Shown here one piece after another: positions 10,064 through 14,139 of a stretch of DNA of 14,139 bases. Every line of letters starts with the position of its first letter. The first letter of the stretch is position 1. The notes beneath the pieces were generated by a model. The model had not been told where the DNA came from, did not search any database, and saw only the letters and a program-made list of their open reading frames with translations. Source of the DNA: Zygophlyctis sp. KS116 (Eukaryota > Fungi > Chytridiomycota); the NCBI GenBank assembly GCA_054661495.1, contig BAAFSQ010000257.1, positions 1-14,139 of the forward strand. The letters are read 5' to 3'. Position numbers and translations under genes: made by a program.

Positions 10064-11209
10064 ATGACTCGAACCATTTTCAATGAGAATATAATATCAT
10101 TACTACCACTAGAGCTCTGCATCATTATTATTGAAAATTTGGATTTTCAAAGCGCGGCCAACTTTTGCTCAGCAGTAAAACTTTCGGAATCTCTTGCCTT
10201 TCAACATGGAATTTGTCCAGAAAATTATGATTTATTTGATTCTCCATATGACTGGACAGAATATTTTCAATGGGAAAGTTTCTATACTCTAAAGGAAAAT
10301 GAGAATAACTATATTAAAAAATATCTCTATTATTATTATCATTTACAAAAAATGGAATCTTTTACCAAAATTTACCACGGAAAATCACTTTTTAGAAATC
10401 GTAGATTTAATTTCATTTATTCAATCTCTGAAAGGTTTCTAATTGCAGTAGTACTTGGGTATATGGATAAGATCTATTGGTTTTTGAATAATGCACCTAT
10501 AATTTCTACTGATTTATGTAGTGCATTTTTAGAGGCATCTAGAGTGGGGAACATGGAGCTACTTAAACTTTTAATATTAGATAAAAGGTTTAATCCTGCA
10601 TGTCTTGATAATGAGGCTATAGTGACTGCTGCATCACATGGTCATGCAAAAACATTAGACTTGCTTTTATCAGATTCTAGAGTAGATCCTTCAGCCCAAG
10701 ATAATCAGTCAATTGTTGCTGCATGTCAAGTTTTTGGAAATGAAGATTGTGTTAAATTACTTTTATCAGATTCACGAGTCGATCCATCAGTTAGAAATTC
10801 TCAAGCATTTATTGAAGCTTGTTATGCTGGAAATCTTGAAACTGTCAAATTACTTTTATCAGACTCTAGAATTAATCCATCAGCTCAAGATAATTTAGGT
10901 TTTATTGAAGCATGTTCTGCTGGAAATTTACAAGTTGTAGAACACCTACTTTTAGACTCAAGAATAGATCCCAGTGCTCAGAATCAGTCTGCCATTATTT
11001 ATGCAGCAGAGAATGGTCGTTTATCTACGCTTGTTACTCTACTTTTGGATCATAGAGTAGATCCAAGCGCACAAAACAATTCTGCAATGATAGGAGCAGC
11101 AAAGAATGGTAGAATTTCATGTCTAAAGGAACTTTTACTTGATCCAAGGGTAGATCCATTTGCAAGGAATAGTACTGCAATCAGACAAGGAATTATCAAT
11201 CACAACTGA
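10064..11209 (+). CDS. Intronless F-box-like plus ankyrin-repeat protein (381 aa; may extend to 11260 across the TGA)
   Basis: The N-terminal LLPLELCIIIIENLDFQSAANFCSAV resembles the F-box consensus. It is followed by seven complete ~31-aa ankyrin repeats of the type AxxxGxxxxVKLLLSDSRVDPSAQDN and an eighth interrupted by TGA. Confidence 0.85.
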   Translation: MTRTIFNENIISLLPLELCIIIIENLDFQSAANFCSAVKLSESLAFQHGICPENYDLFDSPYDWTEYFQWESFYTLKENENNYIKKYLYYYYHLQKMESFTKIYHGKSLFRNRRFNFIYSISERFLIAVVLGYMDKIYWFLNNAPIISTDLCSAFLEASRVGNMELLKLLILDKRFNPACLDNEAIVTAASHGHAKTLDLLLSDSRVDPSAQDNQSIVAACQVFGNEDCVKLLLSDSRVDPSVRNSQAFIEACYAGNLETVKLLLSDSRINPSAQDNLGFIEACSAGNLQVVEHLLLDSRIDPSAQNQSAIIYAAENGRLSTLVTLLLDHRVDPSAQNNSAMIGAAKNGRISCLKELLLDPRVDPFARNSTAIRQGIINHN

Positions 11210-11283
11210 AAAGTTATTCAAGCTTTCATTCAGCATCCTAAAGTCAAATGGCATTATTAAAGAGCAAGTCATTTCTACGATCC

Positions 11284-11331
11284 AGTAGACCATTATCCAA
11301 GTAGACCATTATCTAAATATACCATTAAATT
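11284..11331 (+). repeat. 16-bp tandem repeat (2 near-perfect copies plus 1 degenerate)
   Basis: agtagaccattatcca / agtagaccattatcta / aatataccattaaatt. Confidence 0.75.
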
Positions 11332-11351
11332 ATCAAAGGGCGAGGTTGAAT

Positions 11352-12221
11352 ATGAGCAGTATGGATCCAATTTATTCATTTCCCAAGTTGAAACTAAAGT
11401 CCGGATCTGTCGACAAGATTCCATTAGTATTTAATACACTTTTAATGATCAGGTAGTTGTCGCTTGTGGATCATATTCGCCAGTAACTTATCTACATTTG
11501 CGAATGTTTGGTAATTGTGTTAAACTGATTACAGAAATGGCAAAAGATTATTTTAAATCTTCAGAAAAGTATAATCTGATTGGAGCATATTTTAGTCCAG
11601 TCTCTGATGCATATGCGAAACCTGGTTTAGTTGATGGGACTCATAGAGTTAAAATGTGTGAACTAGCGGTTTCTAAATCTGATTGGATTATGGTAGATCA
11701 TTGGGAAACTCTTCAACCAAAATATGTAACTACTGCTAAAGTACTAGATCATTTTAATTTCGAACTAAATAACTCTGGTGGATGTATAATGTCTGATGGT
11801 TCAATACAACGTATTGAAATCATGCTATTAGCAGGTGGTGATCTAATTCAGTCGTTTGCTGTTCCTAATTTATGGAAAGAAAAGGATGTATTACAATATC
11901 TGAATTTATCTACTAGGTTGATCATATCCTTGGAAATTATGGTTGTGTAATTGTTGTACATTTTTATTTTATTTTTAAAAAAATTAGGAAAGGACAGGAT
12001 CTGATGTTTTTGAATTTCTTTTATCAAATGATTTACTTTTTAAGCACAAGGTACAAGATTATGTTGAAAAATAGGATAACGTGTTTGTTATCAAGCAATA
12101 CATTCATAATGATATTTCCTCTACTAAAATACGGTTATTCATCAAGAGAGGAATGACTATAAGATATTTATTACCCAATTCTGTCATTAGTTATATTGGT
12201 GAAAATTCGTTGTACAAGTAA
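11352..12221 (+). CDS. NMA1: Nicotinamide/nicotinate mononucleotide adenylyltransferase, NMNAT (~244 aa; 5 introns: 11427-11452, 11511-11534, 11888-11916, 11956-11987, 12051-12074)
   Basis: VVVACGSYSPVTYLHLRMFEMAKDY, SPVSDAYAKPGL, HRVKMCELAV, WIMVDHWE, TAKVLDHF, LLAGGDLIQSF..PNLW, YGCVIVERTG, NDISSTKIRLFIKRG. Confidence 0.95.
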
Positions 12222-12246
12222 AATTTTCTCAAACAAAAAAAATAAA

Positions 12247-12823
12247 ATGGGAGATTCTGTTGATATTGTTGATGAGGTAGTTTTTATATTCTTATTCTAG
12301 GAATTGGAAGCAATGAAGAAGAGAGTTGCAGAAATGGAAGCTGAAGCTGAAAAACTACGACAAATGCAAGCAGAAGTTGCTAAAGAAATGAATTTAGCTC
12401 CTGCAATGGATGCATCAGCCAAAGAAGAAGTAGACAATCGATCAATTTATGTCGGCAATGTAAAACATTCTTTTTAAATCTAGGTTGATTATACAGCAAC
12501 CCCAGAAGAACTTCAAAATCATTTTCAGTCTAGTGGAACTATTAATAGAGTAACAATCATGTGTGATAAATGGACTGGTCATCCAAAAGGATTTGCTTAT
12601 GTTGAATTTGCTGATCCTAGTTCTATTCAAAATGCAGTCGTTTTGAATGAGTCTATTTTCAAGGGAAGAATATTAAAAGTTATTTCGAAAAGAACAAATC
12701 TCCCTGGATTAAAGAGAGGAAGAGGTAGAGGAAGAGCAAGAGGGTCTAGAGGAAGAGCACCTTATCGGTAAATTTATAAAAATTAATTTTAGATCAAGAA
12801 GAGGATATTATTCTCCTTATTAG
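12247..12823 (+). CDS. pab2: Nuclear poly(A)-binding protein Pab2/PABPN1 (~167 aa; 3 introns: 12277-12300, 12460-12483, 12768-12792)
   Basis: Coiled coil [23 protein letters not shown]; RRM with [10 protein letters not shown] and [11 protein letters not shown]; KRTNLPG; RG-rich tail ending YYSPY. Confidence 0.92.
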
Positions 12824-12919
12824 ATTTAGTATTGAAGAGAGTCTTTTTTTAATTTTTTGGAATTCTCTTTTTTTAAACTAGATTTAAAAATTGACCTTGT
12901 TGACACAAGTTTTGAGTTT

Positions 12920-13804
12920 ATGAAACTGCGATCAAGGATAAAGTCACAATCTAAATCTAATCGATTGCATGCAAACTCCAAATTTAGCAAACATAGAGAA
13001 TTAAAAGGACTATACCAAAATGTGATCAAGTGGATGGATTTAGAAACATGTTTAAATTATTGTAAAGCGCATGATCTACCTCTACATGAAGCTTACAGAC
13101 ATCATTTATTTACTTTTGAAAAGCTAAACAAGGGCATGACTGATATTTGTCATGAAATACAAGACTATGTTCAGAATGATCAGAAATTCTTTGAAGCTCT
13201 TGTGCAAAATGTAGAGTTTTGTAAATGTTTTTCTTTCAATGAAATCTTTCTGATTGCTGCATTCTGTGGATTTTCTGATTTGGTTTCTAATTTAATCAAG
13301 GATTACAAGGTTGATCCAAGTTTTCAAGATAACTGGGCGATCAGATATTCATCCGCATTAGGACATTCAGAAGTTGTAAATATTCTACTATTAGATCCAA
13401 GAGTTGATCCAAGCGTGTCGGATGATCTTCCACTTATTATGGCATCTTGTAATGGACATTTGGACGTGGTTAAACGGTTATTATCAGACAAAAGAGTTCA
13501 TCCATCATCACAAGATGATTCACCAGTAATAATGGCTGCTGAAAATGATCATTTACAGGTTTTAAGGGCTCTATTAAGGAATCCAAAAGTTGATCCATCT
13601 TCTCAAGATAATTGGGCTTTAAGGAATGCAGCTAAAAATGGTTATAATGAAATTGTAAAAATTCTTTTAAAAGATCAGAGAGTTGATGCTTCTGCTGATG
13701 AAAACTATGCTATCAAATGGGCAAATGAAGAAGGTCATTTTGATGTAGTGAACACGCTTGCAAAACATATTGGTTTAGATCCTAATAATCCAGAAAGTTG
13801 GTAA
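12920..13804 (+). CDS. Intronless ankyrin-repeat protein with a degenerate F-box-like N-terminal segment (~294 aa from the first ATG), paralog of 10064-11209
   Basis: Six ~31-aa repeats (e.g. WAIRYSSALGHSEVVNILLLDPRVDPSVSDD). The track start at 12857 is a TTG; the first in-frame ATG is at 12920. Confidence 0.85.
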   Translation: MKLRSRIKSQSKSNRLHANSKFSKHRELKGLYQNVIKWMDLETCLNYCKAHDLPLHEAYRHHLFTFEKLNKGMTDICHEIQDYVQNDQKFFEALVQNVEFCKCFSFNEIFLIAAFCGFSDLVSNLIKDYKVDPSFQDNWAIRYSSALGHSEVVNILLLDPRVDPSVSDDLPLIMASCNGHLDVVKRLLSDKRVHPSSQDDSPVIMAAENDHLQVLRALLRNPKVDPSSQDNWALRNAAKNGYNEIVKILLKDQRVDASADENYAIKWANEEGHFDVVNTLAKHIGLDPNNPESW

Positions 13805-13860
13805 ATTATTTTAATTATATCATATTATTCATTAAAATTATATATTCTAAATAAAGCATC

Positions 13861-14139
13861 ATGTTATCATTAAATTGGAAATTCGTGTTTGATAATTACT
13901 GCAGAAAAATAGATCCAGATCAACTGAAAATTCCAGCAGCGACAGTTACAGAAATTAATAAGGCGTATATTTTGGCCCATGGATTCAAGTAGAATAAATT
14001 ATCTTGCTGCAAATCAAGACTTAAACGGTAAGTTTTATTTTGTACAAGTTGTAATGTCCATTTTCTGTCAGTCGTAGACTGGATATGTAAACTGAGAATA
14101 CTCAAGTATCTTAATAATAAATATCTTTATGTATTTTAC
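13861..14139. other. Probable partial gene at the window edge; strand unresolved
   Basis: On the plus strand, ATG 13861 gives MLSLNWKFVFDNYCRKIDPDQLKIPAATVTEINKAYILAHGFK, followed by candidate introns 13989-14018 and 14028-14048 (the latter only 21 nt), after which the frame stays open to the window end. On the minus strand, a candidate 30-nt intron at 14110-14139 is followed by an exon ending in hydrophobic WAKIYALLISVTVAAGIFS* at 13920. I recognise no family. Confidence 0.3.

Noticed and set aside
9864-10067. 67-aa ORF across the TTCCG array
   Set aside because: It has a TTG start and no recognisable protein features, and the repeat pitch is not a consistent multiple of 3, so the array is not a coding repeat.
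9735-11333. TAAATTAT at 9735 and 11326 as a target-site duplication around the ankyrin gene
   Set aside because: A pure A/T 8-mer is expected by chance here, and I found no terminal inverted repeats beside it.
1031-12630. Antisense and alternative-frame ORFs in the track (e.g. 1031-1318, 1543-1782, 1952-2170, 2247-2492, 6198-6440, 8677-8859, 9103-9312, 10713-10898, 12442-12630) and the N-terminal part of 5833-6066
   Set aside because: They are shadows of well-supported spliced genes. VPS1 begins at ATG 5974 ([16 protein letters not shown]), not at 5833.
253-12823. PBP1 and pab2 as a functional poly(A)-metabolism gene cluster
   Set aside because: They are about 10 kb apart and separated by five unrelated genes; chance proximity is plausible without synteny data.
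9783-13885. TAAATTGGAAA direct repeat at 9783 and 13871 bracketing the ankyrin-NMNAT-pab2-ankyrin block
   Set aside because: It is only 11 nt and AT-rich, and it encloses ordinary housekeeping genes. This is insufficient evidence for an element boundary.

Overview
This is an AT-rich, extremely compact eukaryotic window, most likely from an early-diverging (chytrid-like) fungus; the taxonomy is inferred. The ORF track is fragmented by tiny spliceosomal introns. I hand-spliced six conserved genes containing 39 GT-AG introns, 37 of which are 24-33 nt: PBP1/ataxin-2 (+), NEO1 P4-ATPase (+), VPS1 dynamin (+), TPX2 (-, retaining an Aurora-A-binding N-terminus), NMNAT (+) and nuclear poly(A)-binding protein Pab2/PABPN1 (+). 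Interspersed are two intronless paralogous genes with an F-box-like N-terminus and 31-aa 'RVDPS' ankyrin repeats. Intergenic gaps are as short as 25-35 nt. Four signals stand out. (i) A same-strand array of 8 TTCCG cores spaced about 20-21 bp apart sits directly upstream of the first F-box/ankyrin gene. (ii) A 14-bp hairpin in the only 64-nt intron (NEO1) hides a default-length 27-nt acceptor whose use would create a premature stop. (iii) An in-frame TGA interrupts the last ankyrin repeat of the first F-box/ankyrin gene. (iv) A near-perfect 27-bp duplication creates overlapping PAM2 motifs in PBP1.
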